From NCBI GenBank assembly GCA_028826165.1, contig JAPDFW010000129.1:79641-143640 (forward strand): a stretch of DNA of 64,000 nt. Direction: 5' to 3'. The position numbers and the translations under genes were made by a program. Positions 38,703-52,198 of this stretch are shown here, one piece after another. A model generated the notes under the pieces. It was not told the origin of the DNA and did not search any database. It saw nothing but the letters and a program-made list of their open reading frames with translations. Positions within the stretch are counted from its first letter, which is position 1, and every line of letters starts with the position of its first letter. Source of the stretch: Anaeramoeba ignava BMAN. Taxonomy: Eukaryota; Protista; Anaeramoebae.

Positions 38703-41700
38703 TTAATTATTTTTTTCTTGTTCCACTTTTTTCAATTTTTCCATTTTTTTTTGTTTTTGTTTTTCTTTCTCTTTTTGTTTCCTTTTTCTTTTCATTTTAT
38801 TTCTAATAAATCCTCTTTTATCAATCCATTTTGGAATAAGAAAAGAAAAAATAATTGCAGAAATAGCTAATAAAAAATTGAAAAAGAAAGAGAAATAATA
38901 ATTAAATGGGAATTTTGCATTGTTTGTCATTGACCATGAAAATAAAGATCCTGCCACTAAATTTTGAATTAATTTTTGAATTAAATTTTCATTTTAATTT
39001 TAATTTTCATTTTAATTTGATTTTGTTATAAATGTTTACAAGTTGGACCAAATGCTCTAAAAAAAGCTGAAGAAGTTTGTCCAATTCCATTTATTCCTCC
39101 AATTCTATTTGAATTTGAATTTGAATTTGATTTTATTTTTAATTTTGATTTTAACTTTGATTTTGATTTTGATTTTGATTTTAATTTTAATTTTGATTTT
39201 AATTTTAATTTTCTAATTGAATTTGATTTTAATTTTAATTTTAATTTTAATTTTAATTTTAATTTTAATTTTGATTTTGATTTTTGTTTTGATTTTAAAT
39301 TTTAATTTTGATTTTAATTTTAATTTTGGTTTTGATTTTGATTTTGATTTTAATTTTATTTTTGATTTTAATTTTGATTTTGATTTTGATTTTATTTTTA
39401 ATTTTGATTTTGATTTTAATTTTGGTTTTGATTTTGATTTTGATTTTTGATTTTGATTTTGATTTTAATTTTAATTTTGATTTTGATTTTGATTTTGATT
39501 TTAATTTTAATTTTGATTTTGATTTTGATTTTAATTTTAATTTTTATTTTAATTTTAATTTTGATTTTTGTTTTGATTTTAAATTTGATTTTAATTTTAA
39601 TTTTAATTTTAATTTTAATTTTAATTTTAATTTTGATTTTGATTTTTGTTTTGATTTTAAATTTTAATTTTGATTTTAATTTTAATTTTGGTTTTGATTT
39701 TGATTTTGATTTTGATTTTGATTTTGATTTTCAATTTGATTTTGATTTTGATTTTAATTTTGATTTTGATTTTGATTTTATTTTTAATTTTGATTTTGAT
39801 TTTAATTTTGGTTTTGATTTTAATTTTAATTTTGATTTTTATTTTAATTTTAATTTTGATTTTTGATTTTAATTTTAATTTTAATTTTGATTTTGATTTT
39901 GATTTTGATTTTGATTTTGATTTTAATTTTGATTTTAATTTTGATTTTGATTTTGATTTTAATTTTGATTTTAATTTTGAATTTGATTTTGATTTTGATT
40001 TTAATTTTGGTTTTGATTTTGATTTTGATTTTGATTTTAAATTTGATTTTAAATTTGATTTTAATTTTGATTTTAATTTTGATTTTGATTTGTGTTATAA
40101 AAATAAACCTGGATGGTTTTGCACTATTATTAATCAATATAAATGTGCTAGTAAAAGTAAAACTTGAAAATAAAGAACGAACAACCATTGCTGAAAAATA
40201 AAAAGTCCATGCAGCTTTTGAACCAAATTTGATATAAACTGGATTAATAAAAGGAAAAGCTAGAAAAACTAAAGAAGCCGCACCAACACCAATTCTATAA
40301 GCATTTAAAGGTGAAAGATATTCAGAAATTTTTGGATAAAGAAATATTTGAAAAATTAAAAAAGATCCACCAGCAACTGATGATCCTGCTGCAAGATCAC
40401 TTGGTTGAAATTCAAGTCCTCCACTTGTTTTATCTTGGAAAAGTAATAATGGAACAATTGTGTCAAACACTATAAAGATAAATCTATTTTTTTGATTTGA
40501 AATTTTTGATTTGAATTTTTTCCAATTTTTTGATAAATAAAACTAACCCAATTAATCCATAAAGAAGACAAACTAAAAAAATATATTTATGTGATTTTAA
40601 AAAAGTTCCAAAACTTTTTTTTCCATCATCTTTAAAGTTTTTATCAAATATTTGATAATTTAATTCATCCAATTCATCTTTAAATTTTGAAATTTTGAAT
40701 TTTTGAATTTTTGAATTTTTGAATTTTTGAAATAAATAAATGAATAAAATAGATTATTACCATCTTTTTTATCAAATTTTCTATCATTTTCATATTCATA
40801 TTCAGATTCATATTCAGATTCATATTCAGATTCATTCTCAAATTCATTTTCAGATTCATCTTCTGAAATTGAATTTGGATATAATTTATTATTTGATTTT
40901 TTATCTAATTTTTTTTTTGATTTTGGGAAATTTTTTGTAAATGATATTTCAGCCCAATCATTTTCATTTTGATTTTCATAATTATTTTCTTTGTGTTGAT
41001 TTTTATTTAAGAAATCTGCATCAGAAACAGAAGTAAAATTTTCAAATTCAATTTCTTCAAATTCATCCATTGAAATTATTTCATCATTTAAATTATTTGG
41101 AGAACAAATTAAAAAATTTGGATCAAGAACTAAATTTGAAAGTATTTTATTTTCTTTTGGAATTTCAAAATTTTTATCAGACATTAATCCACAACTAAAT
41201 AATGGTCTTTTTCTTTTCAAACTTTCTTTCAAAAATAAAATATTAGAAATAAAACCAAGGATTGAAATTCCAGCACAAATTCCATTTGGAAGAAAATAAG
41301 GATATTCATCCAAAAAACTTCCTTTTTTCACATCTAATTCAACAGTATATCCTCCTAACATTGGTCCTCCAACTTTTTATTATTAAAATTTAGCATTTAT
41401 TATTTTGAATTTTGATTTTGATTTTGATTTTGATTTTGATTTTGATTTTGATTTTGATTTTGATTTTAATTTTAATTTTAATATTGATTTTGATTTTCAA
41501 TTTTAATTTTGATTTTGATTTTAATTTTGGTTTTAATTTTAATTTTAATTTTGATTTTGATTTTGATTTTGATTTTGAATTTTGATTTTGATTTTGATTT
41601 TGATTTTGATTTTGATTTTGATTTTGATTTTGATTTTGATTTTGATTTTGATTTTGATTTTGATTTTAATTTTGATTTTGATTTTGATTTTGATTTTGAT

Positions 41701-43169
41701 TTTGATTTTGATTTTAATTTTAATTTTAATATTGATTTTGATTTTCAATTTTAATTTTGATTTTGATTTTAATTTTGATTTTAATTTTAATTTTAATTTT
41801 AATTTTGATTTTGAATTTAATTTTGATTTTGATTTTGATTTTGATTTTGATTTTGATTTTGATTTTCAATTTGATTTTCAATTTGATTTTCAATTTGATT
41901 TTGATTTTGATTTTGATTTTGATTTTGATTTTGAATTTGATTTTAATTTTTGATTTTGATTTTTAATTTTGATTTTGATTTTTAATTTTGATTTTGATTT
42001 TGATTTTGATTTTGATTTTGATTTTGATTTTGATTTTGGTTTTGATTTTGATTTTAATTTTGGTTTTAAATTTTGATTTTGATTTTTAATTTTGATTTTT
42101 AATTTTGATTTTGATTTTTAATTTTGATTTTGATTTTGATTTTGATTTTGATTTTGATTTTGATTTTGATTTTAATTTTGATTTTGATTTTGATTTTAAT
42201 TTTGATTTTGGTTTTAAATTTTGATTTTAATTTTTGATTTTGATTTTTAATTTTGATTTTGATTTTTAATTTTGATTTTGATTTTGATTTTGATTTTGAT
42301 TTTGATTTTGATTTTGATTTTGATTTTGATTTTGATTTTGATTTTGATTTTGATTTTGATTTTCAATTTAATTTTGGTTTTGATTTTGATTTTGATTTTG
42401 ATTTTGATTTTGATTTTGATTTTGATTTTGATTTTGATTTTGATTTTGATTTTGATTTTAATTTTGATTTTAATTTTTTCAATACCTCTTCCAATTCCAA
42501 TTGAAAATCCAACAACTGACATACAAAGTGCTTGATTTCCTGAACTACATATTTCATTTAACATTGTCTAATTTTTATTTAAATAATCAATAAATAAATA
42601 ATAAATCCATTTTTTTTGGAAATTAAATACTTTTGCAATTCCAATATTTCCTATTTAATTATTTATTTAATTATTTATTATTAAAAGAAGAGAATAAATA
42701 AATAAATCAATAAAATAAATCAATAAATAAAAATACCATATAAAAGACCTGATAAACCTTTTGTTAGAAAAACCCACCAAATATTAAAAGTAAATCCAAA
42801 TAAAAGGGTTGTAATAGATAAAGTAAGATTTCCAAATATCATAATTTTCCTTCTTCCAATTTTATCAGAAAGAATTCCAAAAAAGAAAGCTTTTGATTTT
42901 GTTTTTAAAATTTGATAAAATAATCAATCCATCCAAAATTTTTTTTACTTTTTTAAAAATAAATTATAATTATAAAATCAATAAATACAACTAAATATTT
43001 GACAAATATGATAAGTTGAGATCAATAAACCAGCTAAATAACCAACTTGCTTTTTGGAATCTGTAACATGAAATGATTCAATTAAAAAGGGAATATAAGG
43101 ACTTGTTTGAGTAAATCCAAGAGCATCAGTTACAACTGAAAATGCAATAACAAAAATTTGATCCCACAT
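38703..43169 (-). CDS. MFS transporter, ZIFL/YCR023C-like, copy 1 (multi-exon, 20-nt microexon 42631-42650)
   Basis: VGYLAGLL, GILSDKIGRRK (motif A), GNIGIAK, GGPMLGG, DEYPYFLP, GGINGIGQT..RAFGP; GT-AG introns. Confidence 0.88.
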
Positions 43170-43799
43170 TTAAAAATCAATTTAAAAAAATAAATACAAA
43201 AAAAATTGAAATAAAAAAGAAAGAGAAATTATTTTTAATGTTTGAGTTTCTATTTAAAATTTTGTTTATCAAAAAAAAAAATGAAAATTTTAATTTTTTT
43301 AATTTTAATTTTTTTTTTTTAAATTTGTTTTGAAAAGAAGAAGGAAAATAAAAAATTAAACTTTTTTTTTTTAAAAAATGAACTTCATCAAGAAAAAAAA
43401 AGAGGAATTTTGAATTTTAATTTTAATTTTAATTTTTGATTTTGATTTTAATTTTAATTTTAATTTTAATTTTAATTTTAATTTTAATTTTGATTTTAAT
43501 TTTAAATTTTAATTTTGATTTTAATTTTAATTTTAATTTTAATTTTAATTTTAATTTTAATTTTAATTTTAATTTTAATTTTAATTTTAATTTTTAATTT
43601 TAATTTTAATTTTAATTTTAATTTTTAATTTTAATTTTAATTTTAATTTTAATTTTAATTTTAATTTTAATTTAATTTTTAATTTTTAATTTTTAATTTT
43701 TTGAATTTTTAATTTTAATTTTTAATTTTAATTTTAATTTTAATTTTAATTTTAATTTTAAATTTTAATTTTAATTTTAATTTTAATTTTAATTTTAAT

Positions 43800-44915
43800 T
43801 TAATTTAATTTAATTTTTTGTCTCTTTAAATGTTGTTGCAGAGATTCTAATAAAATTTTTAGTTTATGAATTGGAAAATCATCATCTACATTCTCAATAA
43901 TTGGGAAAGTGAGATTTCCTATGTTTTTTTTTTGAAGTAATTCTTTTAAGTTTTCCCAAGCTTGATGAAGTTGAAAAGGAAATAAACTTGGTTGAAATTC
44001 CAAAATAAGATTTTCTTTTGACATATCTGATAAATAAACCTCATAAGAATTTTGAGTTAGATTTTCAAATAAAGCATGATAACATTTTTTTGCTTTATCA
44101 ACTTCAATTTTACTTGGATAAATTCGTTGTTCTGATAAATTTTTTTTTATGCCTTTTGGAACAACAATCAAAAGAGCCCAAATTGGAGGTGATTCAAAAT
44201 TCTCTACGGGATCATTATAAGGAATAATTAATTGAAGTGCTGTATCTATTTTTTGGTCATCGTGTTTACGGAATTGATCCTTTTTTTCAATTAATTTTTT
44301 AAGATCTTCTTTAAACGCTGTTTGAATTTTAGATTTCAAATCATAATGTTTTGCAATTTTATCATCTCTTGGTTTAAAATTTGTATACATTTTTTCCTCA
44401 AGAAATGCTTGTGCATATTTCTTTTTTTCTATTGAATCTAAGCATTTGATCTCGTAAATTCTATGTTTAAGTATTTTCAGTTCTTCTTGATGAATTGGAT
44501 CAATTTCTCCATTTGAATTTTCAAGTATTTTCAATTCGCTATCAGCTTTACTTGCAAAATTCATAAAATTATAAAAAATTGTTGTATCAAAATTATCTTT
44601 AAAAGTTGTATATAAATTTTCTAAATCTTCTTTTGTTATCTTAGGGTTTGTGATATAATTTAAAAGGATCTCATTTGATATAATTTGCGGAATTTTTAAA
44701 TTTTGATTTAAACCTAAAAGTTCATTTGCTTTTTCATAATCTTTTTTTGCTTTTTCTATTATTAATAATCTTATATAACAACATGCTCTGTTGATATAAA
44801 AATCTGGAATGTTCGGTTTTCTTTCAATGGCTTTTGTTAGAAGTTTTTCTGCTTCAGAAAATTTTCCTTTTTCAATCATTTCAGTTCCTTGCTTATAGTT
44901 TTGAAAATACGACAT
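43800..44915 (-). CDS. TPR-domain protein with uncharacterised C-terminus
   Basis: GKFSEAEKLLTKAIERKP..FYINRACCYIRL..AKKDYEKA. Confidence 0.78.
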   Translation of the reverse strand: MSYFQNYKQGTEMIEKGKFSEAEKLLTKAIERKPNIPDFYINRACCYIRLLIIEKAKKDYEKANELLGLNQNLKIPQIISNEILLNYITNPKITKEDLENLYTTFKDNFDTTIFYNFMNFASKADSELKILENSNGEIDPIHQEELKILKHRIYEIKCLDSIEKKKYAQAFLEEKMYTNFKPRDDKIAKHYDLKSKIQTAFKEDLKKLIEKKDQFRKHDDQKIDTALQLIIPYNDPVENFESPPIWALLIVVPKGIKKNLSEQRIYPSKIEVDKAKKCYHALFENLTQNSYEVYLSDMSKENLILEFQPSLFPFQLHQAWENLKELLQKKNIGNLTFPIIENVDDDFPIHKLKILLESLQQHLKRQKIKLN

Positions 44916-45020
44916 TTTTTTATTTATTTAAAAAAGAAAAAAAATGAAAAAAATGAAATTTTTTTTTTCCTCTTTTTTCTTTTTTTTTTTTTTTTAAATC
45001 AGACAATTTTTTTTCCTCTT

Positions 45021-45270
45021 TTTATTTAAATGAAAAAGAAAAGAAAAACAATATAAATTTCCAAAATTAATATTAATAATGAGAAGTGAATTATATCGAG
45101 GAATGTTTTTATCTGTAACAAATGATAAAACTTCAAATAAAGTTACAGATTATAGTGAATTAAGTAATAAATCATTCCAAATATTTGAATATTGGATTTA
45201 TTCAAATCAAATTAAAGAAGAAATTCAAATTACACAAGAAATCATTAATGAAATTCAAATTGGAATTAAA
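45021..45270 (+). pseudogene. Orphan RCC1-BTB C-terminal (BTB2) fragment
   Basis: Starts at YLNE..KEKQYKFPK and ends at IQIGI; no upstream gene body. Confidence 0.85.
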
Positions 45271-45392
45271 ATTAAAAATTAAAATTAAAATTAAAATTAA
45301 AATTAAAATTAAAATTAAAATCAAAATTAAAATTAAAATTAAAATCAAAATCAAAAATTAAAATCATTTTTTTCATTTTTTTCTTTTTAAAA

Positions 45393-47177
45393 ATGAATGA
45401 AATTATATTTTTTGGTAAAAATGAATATCCAAAACTTATCAAAAATGAACCAAATAAAATAACAAAACCAATTCAATTTAAATTTGAAAATGAAAATGAA
45501 AATGAAAATGAAAATGAAAACGAAAATGAAAAACAAATTAAACAAATTTCATCAAGTTTCTTTTCAACAATTTTCCTTTTTAAAAATGGAAAAGCAATAG
45601 AATATTTAAGTGAAAATGATTTAAATCAAAATCCTGAAAAAATACAAATTGAAGAAAATATTCAAAAAGTAGCTGTTGGTGTTCAAAATGAAGCTATTTT
45701 AACAAAAGAAGGAAATGTATTTGCCAAAGGAATGAAGATGAATCCAAAAAATCCAAATAAATTTATCAATATTTCATCATTAATTGAAGATCCAAATGAT
45801 AGAATAATTCAAGATATTGTTTCTTCTGAAAGTTTGATTTACTTATTAACTTCAAATCAAAATGCTTATGGAATTGGTGGTAATCAATATGGTCAACTTG
45901 GTTTTGATTCTAAAACACTTCCAAAAACAGAAAAACCAATTTTAATGATGAAAAATGTTTCTAAAATATTTTCAGGAAATGATTCAGGACATGCTTTTCT
46001 TTTAAATTCAAATCAAGAATTATTTGGATGTGGCGATAATAGTTCTAGTCAACTTGGATTAGGAGAATCAAGAAAAGAAGAAATAAAAATCCAAAAATTA
46101 ACCAAAATTCAAAATATTCCAAAAGGCAAAATAATTGATATTAAATGTGGAAGTATTCATTCAGTAATGTTGATTGAAAATGAAAATGAAGATGAAAATG
46201 AAAATCCAAAAAGAAAACTTTATTCATGTGGAAATTACCAATATAACGGACTTGATGTAGATAATTACGAATTTATTGAAATCAAATCATTTTTATTTGA
46301 AAATGATAATATTCTTGATTTTTCTGTTGGAAATACTCATACTTTAATTTTAACATCAAAAGGGAATCTAATAGGATTTGGATATAATTATTATTGCCAA
46401 TTAGGAAATAGAAATACAAAAAGTCAATTAAAACCAATTCAAATTGAACTTCCTGAATTAAGATTTAAAGAAGATATTTCCAATTATCATGTTTCTTGTG
46501 GATATAATAAATCATTTCTTTATTATTCTCCTTCTTCTTTTTCCAATCTTGAAGAAGATTTGATAAAATTATTTGAAAGAAAAGAATTTTGTGATATTTC
46601 ATTTAAAACCAAAAATGGAGAAATAATTGAAGCTCATAAATTAATATTGAAATATAGATTAAATCAAAATGAAAATGAAATTGAAAAGCTTCAAAGAAAT
46701 TATTTCAAAAATCAATTAAAGAATCAAATCAAATATTTGAAATGATTTATTCAAATAGAATTATAAATCCAAAATATTCTGAAATTAAAGAAATTATAAA
46801 TTCAAATGAAAAAATTGAAGAAACAATGAAAAGAATTTATTTAAATGAAAATGAAAAAGATTTTATTATTGAAAGAAAAGAAAAACAATATAAATTTCCA
46901 AAATTAATATTAATAATGAGAAGTGAATTATATCGAGGAATGTTTTTATCTGTAACAAATGATACTTCAAATAAAGTTACAGATTATAGTGAATTAAGTA
47001 ATAAATCATTTCAAATATTTGAATATTGGATTTATTCAAATCAAATTAAAGATGAAATTCAAATTACACAAGAAATCATTAATGAAATTCAAATTGGAAT
47101 TGATTATTTTCAATTAAATGAAGCAAATCCAAATTTATTTGATTTATTAATTAACAAAATTTAATAATCAAAATTAA
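45393..47177 (+). CDS. RCC1-BTB copy H (frameshifts ~46695 and ~47158)
   Basis: ORFs 45393-46745 and 46742-47164. Confidence 0.85.
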
Positions 47178-47271
47178 AATTAAAAATTAAAATTAAAATT
47201 TAAATTAAAATTAAAATTAAAATTAAAATTAAAAATCATTTTTCATTTTTTCATTTTTTTTCTTTTCAAAA

Positions 47272-49057
47272 ATGAATGATTGTTTATTTTTTGGTTCAAA
47301 TAATTATCCAAAACTTTTCAAAAATGAACCAGAAATAATAACAAAACCTATTCAAATTAAATTTGAAAATGAAAATGAAAATGAAAATGAAAATGAAAAT
47401 GAAAAACAAATTAAACAAATTTCATCAAGTTTATTTGCAACAATTTTCCTTTTTAAAAATGGAAAAGCAATAGAATATTTAAATCAAAGAAATTCAAAAC
47501 AAAATCCTGAAAAAATCCAAATTGAAGAAAATATTCAAAAAGTAACTGTTGGTGTTCGAAATGAAGCTATTTTAACAAAGAAGGAAATGTATTTGCCAAA
47601 GGAGAATATATTAATTCAAAAAATCCAAATAAATTTATCAATATTTCATCATTAATTGAAGATAAAAATGATAGAATAATTCAAGATATTGTTTCTTCAG
47701 AAAGTTCAATTTACTTATTAACTTCAAATCAAAATGTTTATGGAATTGGTTCAAATGATTATTGTCAACTTGGTTTTGATTCTAAAACACTTCCAAAAAC
47801 AGAAAAACCAATTTTAATGATGAAAAATGTTTCTAAAATATTTTCAGGAAATGATTCGGGACATGCTTTTCTTTTAAATTCAAATCAAGAATTATTTGGA
47901 TGTGGCGATAATAGCTCTAGTCAACTTGGATTAGGAGAATCAAGAAAGAAGAAATAAAAATCCCTAAATTAACCAAAATTCAAAATATTCCAAAAGGCAA
48001 AATAATTGATATTAAATGTGGAAGTATTCATTCAATAATGTTGATTGAAAATGAAGATGAAAATGAAAATCCAAAAAGAAAACTTTATTCATGTGGAGGT
48101 TATCTATATAATGGACTTGGCAAATATGAAAATACTTATGAATTTACTGAAATCAAATTATCTTTATTTGAAAATGATAATATTCTTGATTTTTCTGTTG
48201 GAAATACTCATACTTTAATTTTAACTCAAACGGAAATTAATTGGATTTGGATATAATCAACAAGGCCAATTAGGAACTGGAACTACTTCTTTAAATCAAT
48301 TAAAACCAATTCAAATTGAACTTCCTAAATTAAGATTTAATGAAGATATTTCCAATTATCATGTTTCTTGTGGATTTGATAATTCATTTCTTTATTATTC
48401 TCCTCTTTCTTTTTCCAATCTTGAAGAAGATTTGATAAAATTATTTGAAAGAAATGAATTTTGTGATATTTCATTTAAAACCAAAAATGGAGAAATAATT
48501 GAAGCTCATAAATTAATATTGAAATATAGATTAAATCAAAATCAAAATCAAATTGAAAAACTTCAAGAAATTATTTCAAATAAATCAATTAAAGAATCAA
48601 ATCAAATATTTGAAATGATTTATTCAAACAGAATAATAAATCCAAAATTATATTTTGAAATTAAAGAAATTATAAATTTAAATGAAAAAATTGAAGAAAC
48701 AATGAAAGAATTTATTTAAATGAAAATGAAAATGAAAAAGATTTTATTATTGAAAGAAAAGAAAAACAATATAAATTTCCAAAATTAATATTAATAATGA
48801 GAAGTGAATTATATCGAGGAATGTTTTTATCTGTAACAAATGATACTTCAAATAAAGTTACAGATTATAGTGAATTAAGTAATAAATCATTCCAAATATT
48901 TGAATATTGGATTTATTCAAATCAAATTAAAGATGAAATTCAAATTACACAAGAAATCATTAATGAAATTCAAATTGGAATTGATTATTTTCAATTAAAT
49001 CAAACAAATCCAAATTTATTTGATTTATTAATTAACAAATTTAATAATCAAAATTAA
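47272..49057 (+). CDS. RCC1-BTB copy I (several frameshifts)
   Basis: Four ORF pieces collinear with the family consensus. Confidence 0.8.
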
Positions 49058-49415
49058 AATTAAAATCAAAATCAAAATTAAAATTTAAATTAAAATTAAA
49101 ATTAAAATTAAAATTAAAATTAAAATTAAAATTAAAATTAAAATTAAAATTAAAATTAAAATTAAAAATTAAAATTAAAATTAAAATAAAAATTAAAATT
49201 AAAATTAAAATTAAAATTAAAATCAAAATTAAAATTAAAATCAAAATTAAATTAAAATTAAAATTAAAATCAAAATTAAAATTAAAATTAAAATTAAAAT
49301 TAAAATTAAAATCAAAATTAAAATTAAAATTAAAATTAAAATCAAAATTAAAATTAAAAATTAAAAAAATTAAAATTAAAATTAAAAATCATTTTTCATT
49401 TTTTTCTTTTCAAAA

Positions 49416-51191
49416 ATGAATGAAATTTTATATTTTGGTGAAAATCAAAATCCAAAACTTATCAAAAATGAACCAAAAGAAAAAATAATAAAACCAATTC
49501 AATTTAAATTTGAAATTGAAAATGAAAATGAAAATGAAAATGAAAAACAAATTAAACAAATTTCAATAGGTTATTTTGGAACAATTTTCCTTTTTGAAAA
49601 TGGAAAAGCAATAGAATACTTACAAAGTTCAAGACAAAATCCTGAAAAAATACAAATTGAAGAAAATATTCAAAAAGTATCTGTTGGTTTTCAAAATGAA
49701 GCTATTTTAACTTCAGAAGGAAATGTATTTGCCAAAGGAAGTAATATTAATCCAAATAATCCAAGAGAATTTATCAATATTTCATCATTAATTGAAGATA
49801 AAAATGATAGAATAATTCAAGATGTTGTTTCTGCAGAATATTCAATTTATTTATTAACTTCAAATCAAAATGCTTATGGAATTGGTTCAAATCAAGATGG
49901 TCAACTTGGCTCTCAATCAATCCAAAAAACAGAAAAACCAATTTTAATGATGAAAAATGTTTCTAAAATATTTTCAGGAAATTCTTCACTTCATGTTTTT
50001 CTTTTAAATTCAAATCAAGAATTATTTGGATGTGGTGATAACAAATATGGCCAACTTGGATTGGGGAAACCGACAACAGAAACAAAAAACTATAAATTAA
50101 CCAAAATCCAAAATATTCCAAAAGGTAAAATAATTGATATTCAATCTGGATTTGCTCATTCAGTAATGTTGATTGAACAAGAAGATGAAAATGAAAATCC
50201 AAAAAGAAAACTTTATTCAACTGGAAGATTTTTTTTTAATGGTCTTGGCCAAGAAAATAGAGACATCTATGAATTTACTGAAATCAAATCATCTTTATTT
50301 GAAAATGATGATAATATTCTTGAAATTTCTATTGGATGTTTTCATAATTTGATTTTAACTTCCAAACGGAAATTAATTGGATTTGGAAGTAATTCATATG
50401 GTGAATTAGGAAATCAAGACGCAAATAATCAATTGATTCCAATTCAAGTTGAACTTCCTAAATTAAGATTTAATGAAAATATTTCCAATTATCATATTTC
50501 TTGTGGATATTCCAAAACATTTCTTTATTATTCTCCTTTTCTTTCTCCTTTTTCCAATCTTGAAGAAGATTTGATAAAATTATTTAGAAGAAAAGAATTT
50601 TGTAATATTTCATTTAAAACAGAAAATGGAGAAATAATAGAAGCTCATAAATTAATATTGAAATATAGATTAAATCAAAATCAAAATCAAAATGAAATTG
50701 AAAAACTTCAAGAAATTATTTCAAAAAAATCAATCAAAGAATCAAATCAAATATTTGAAATGATTTATTCAAACAGAATAATAAATCCAAAATTATATTC
50801 AGAAATTAAAGAAATTATAAATTTAAATGAAAAAATTGAAGAAACAATGAAAAGAATTTATTTAAATGAAAATGAAAAAGATTTTATAATTGAAAGAAAA
50901 GAAAAACAATATAAATTTCCCAAATTAATATTAATAATGAGAAGTGAATTATATCGAGGAATGTTTTTATCTGTAACAGAAGATACTTCTAATAAAGTTA
51001 CAGATTATAGTGAATTAAGTAATAAATCATTTCAAATATTTGAATATTGGATTTATTCAAATCAAATTAAAGATGAAATTCAAATTACAAAAGAAATCAT
51101 TAATGAATTAGAAATTGGAATTGATTATTTTCAATTAAATCAAACAAATCCAAATTTATTTGATTTATTAATTAGGAAATTTAAAAATTAA
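49416..51191 (+). CDS. RCC1-BTB copy J (intact, 591 aa)
   Basis: Complete ORF with the family architecture. Confidence 0.9.
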   Translation: MNEILYFGENQNPKLIKNEPKEKIIKPIQFKFEIENENENENEKQIKQISIGYFGTIFLFENGKAIEYLQSSRQNPEKIQIEENIQKVSVGFQNEAILTSEGNVFAKGSNINPNNPREFINISSLIEDKNDRIIQDVVSAEYSIYLLTSNQNAYGIGSNQDGQLGSQSIQKTEKPILMMKNVSKIFSGNSSLHVFLLNSNQELFGCGDNKYGQLGLGKPTTETKNYKLTKIQNIPKGKIIDIQSGFAHSVMLIEQEDENENPKRKLYSTGRFFFNGLGQENRDIYEFTEIKSSLFENDDNILEISIGCFHNLILTSKRKLIGFGSNSYGELGNQDANNQLIPIQVELPKLRFNENISNYHISCGYSKTFLYYSPFLSPFSNLEEDLIKLFRRKEFCNISFKTENGEIIEAHKLILKYRLNQNQNQNEIEKLQEIISKKSIKESNQIFEMIYSNRIINPKLYSEIKEIINLNEKIEETMKRIYLNENEKDFIIERKEKQYKFPKLILIMRSELYRGMFLSVTEDTSNKVTDYSELSNKSFQIFEYWIYSNQIKDEIQITKEIINELEIGIDYFQLNQTNPNLFDLLIRKFKN

Positions 51192-52150
51192 AACCAAAAT
51201 TAAAATCAAAATTAAAATCAAAATTAAAATCAAAATTAAAATTAAAATTAAAATTAAAATCAAAATTAAAATTAAAATCAAAATTAAAAATAAAATTAAA
51301 ATCAAAATCAAAATCAAAATTAAAATTAAAATTAAAATTAAAATTAAAATCAAAATTTAAAATTAAAATCAAATTAAAATTAAAATTAAAATTAAAATTA
51401 AAAATTAAAAATTAAAATTAAAATTAAAATTAAAATTAAAATTAAAATTAAAATTTAAAATAAAAATTAAAATTAAAATTAAAATTAAAATTAAAATTAA
51501 AATTAAAATTAAAATTTAAATTTAAAATTAAAATTAAAATTAAAACCAAAATCAAATAAAAATCAAAATTAAAATTAAAATCAAAATTAAAATCAAAATC
51601 AAAATTAAAATTAAAATTAAAATTAAAATCAAAAATTAAAATCAAAATTAAAATTAAATTAAAATTAAAATTAAAATTGAAATTAAAATCAAAATTAAAA
51701 TTAAAATTAAAATTAAAATTAAAAATTAAAATTAAAATTAAAATTAAAATTAAAATTAAAAATTAAAATTAAAATTAAAATTAAAATTAAAATTAAAAAT
51801 TAAAATTAAAATTAAAATTAAAATTAAAATTAAAATTAAAATTAAAAATTAAAATTAAAATTAAAATTAAAATTAAAATTAAAATTAAAATTAAAATTAA
51901 ATTAAAAATTAAAATTAAAATTAAAATTAAAATTAAAATTAAAATTAAAATTAAAATTAATATTAAAATTAAAATTAAAATTAAAATTAAATTTAAAATT
52001 AAATTTAAAATAAAATTAAAATTAAAAATCAAAATTAAAATTAAAATTAAAATTAAAATCAAAATTAAAATTTAAAATAAAATCAAAATTAAAACTAAAA
52101 TCAAAATTAAAATTAAAATTAAAATTAAAATCAAAATTAAAATTAAAAAA
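51190..52150. repeat. (AAAATT)n/(AAAATC)n intergenic tract
   Basis: Visible; similar tracts separate most array members. Confidence 0.95.
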
Positions 52151-52198
52151 AGTTCCAAAATTTTTTTTCATTTTTTTTCATTTTTTTTCTTTTCAAAA

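Noticed and set aside
22280-43169. Non-canonical or U12-type introns, inteins, alternative genetic code
   Set aside because: All junctions I traced are GT-AG, no intein motifs were seen, and long ORFs read normally in the standard code
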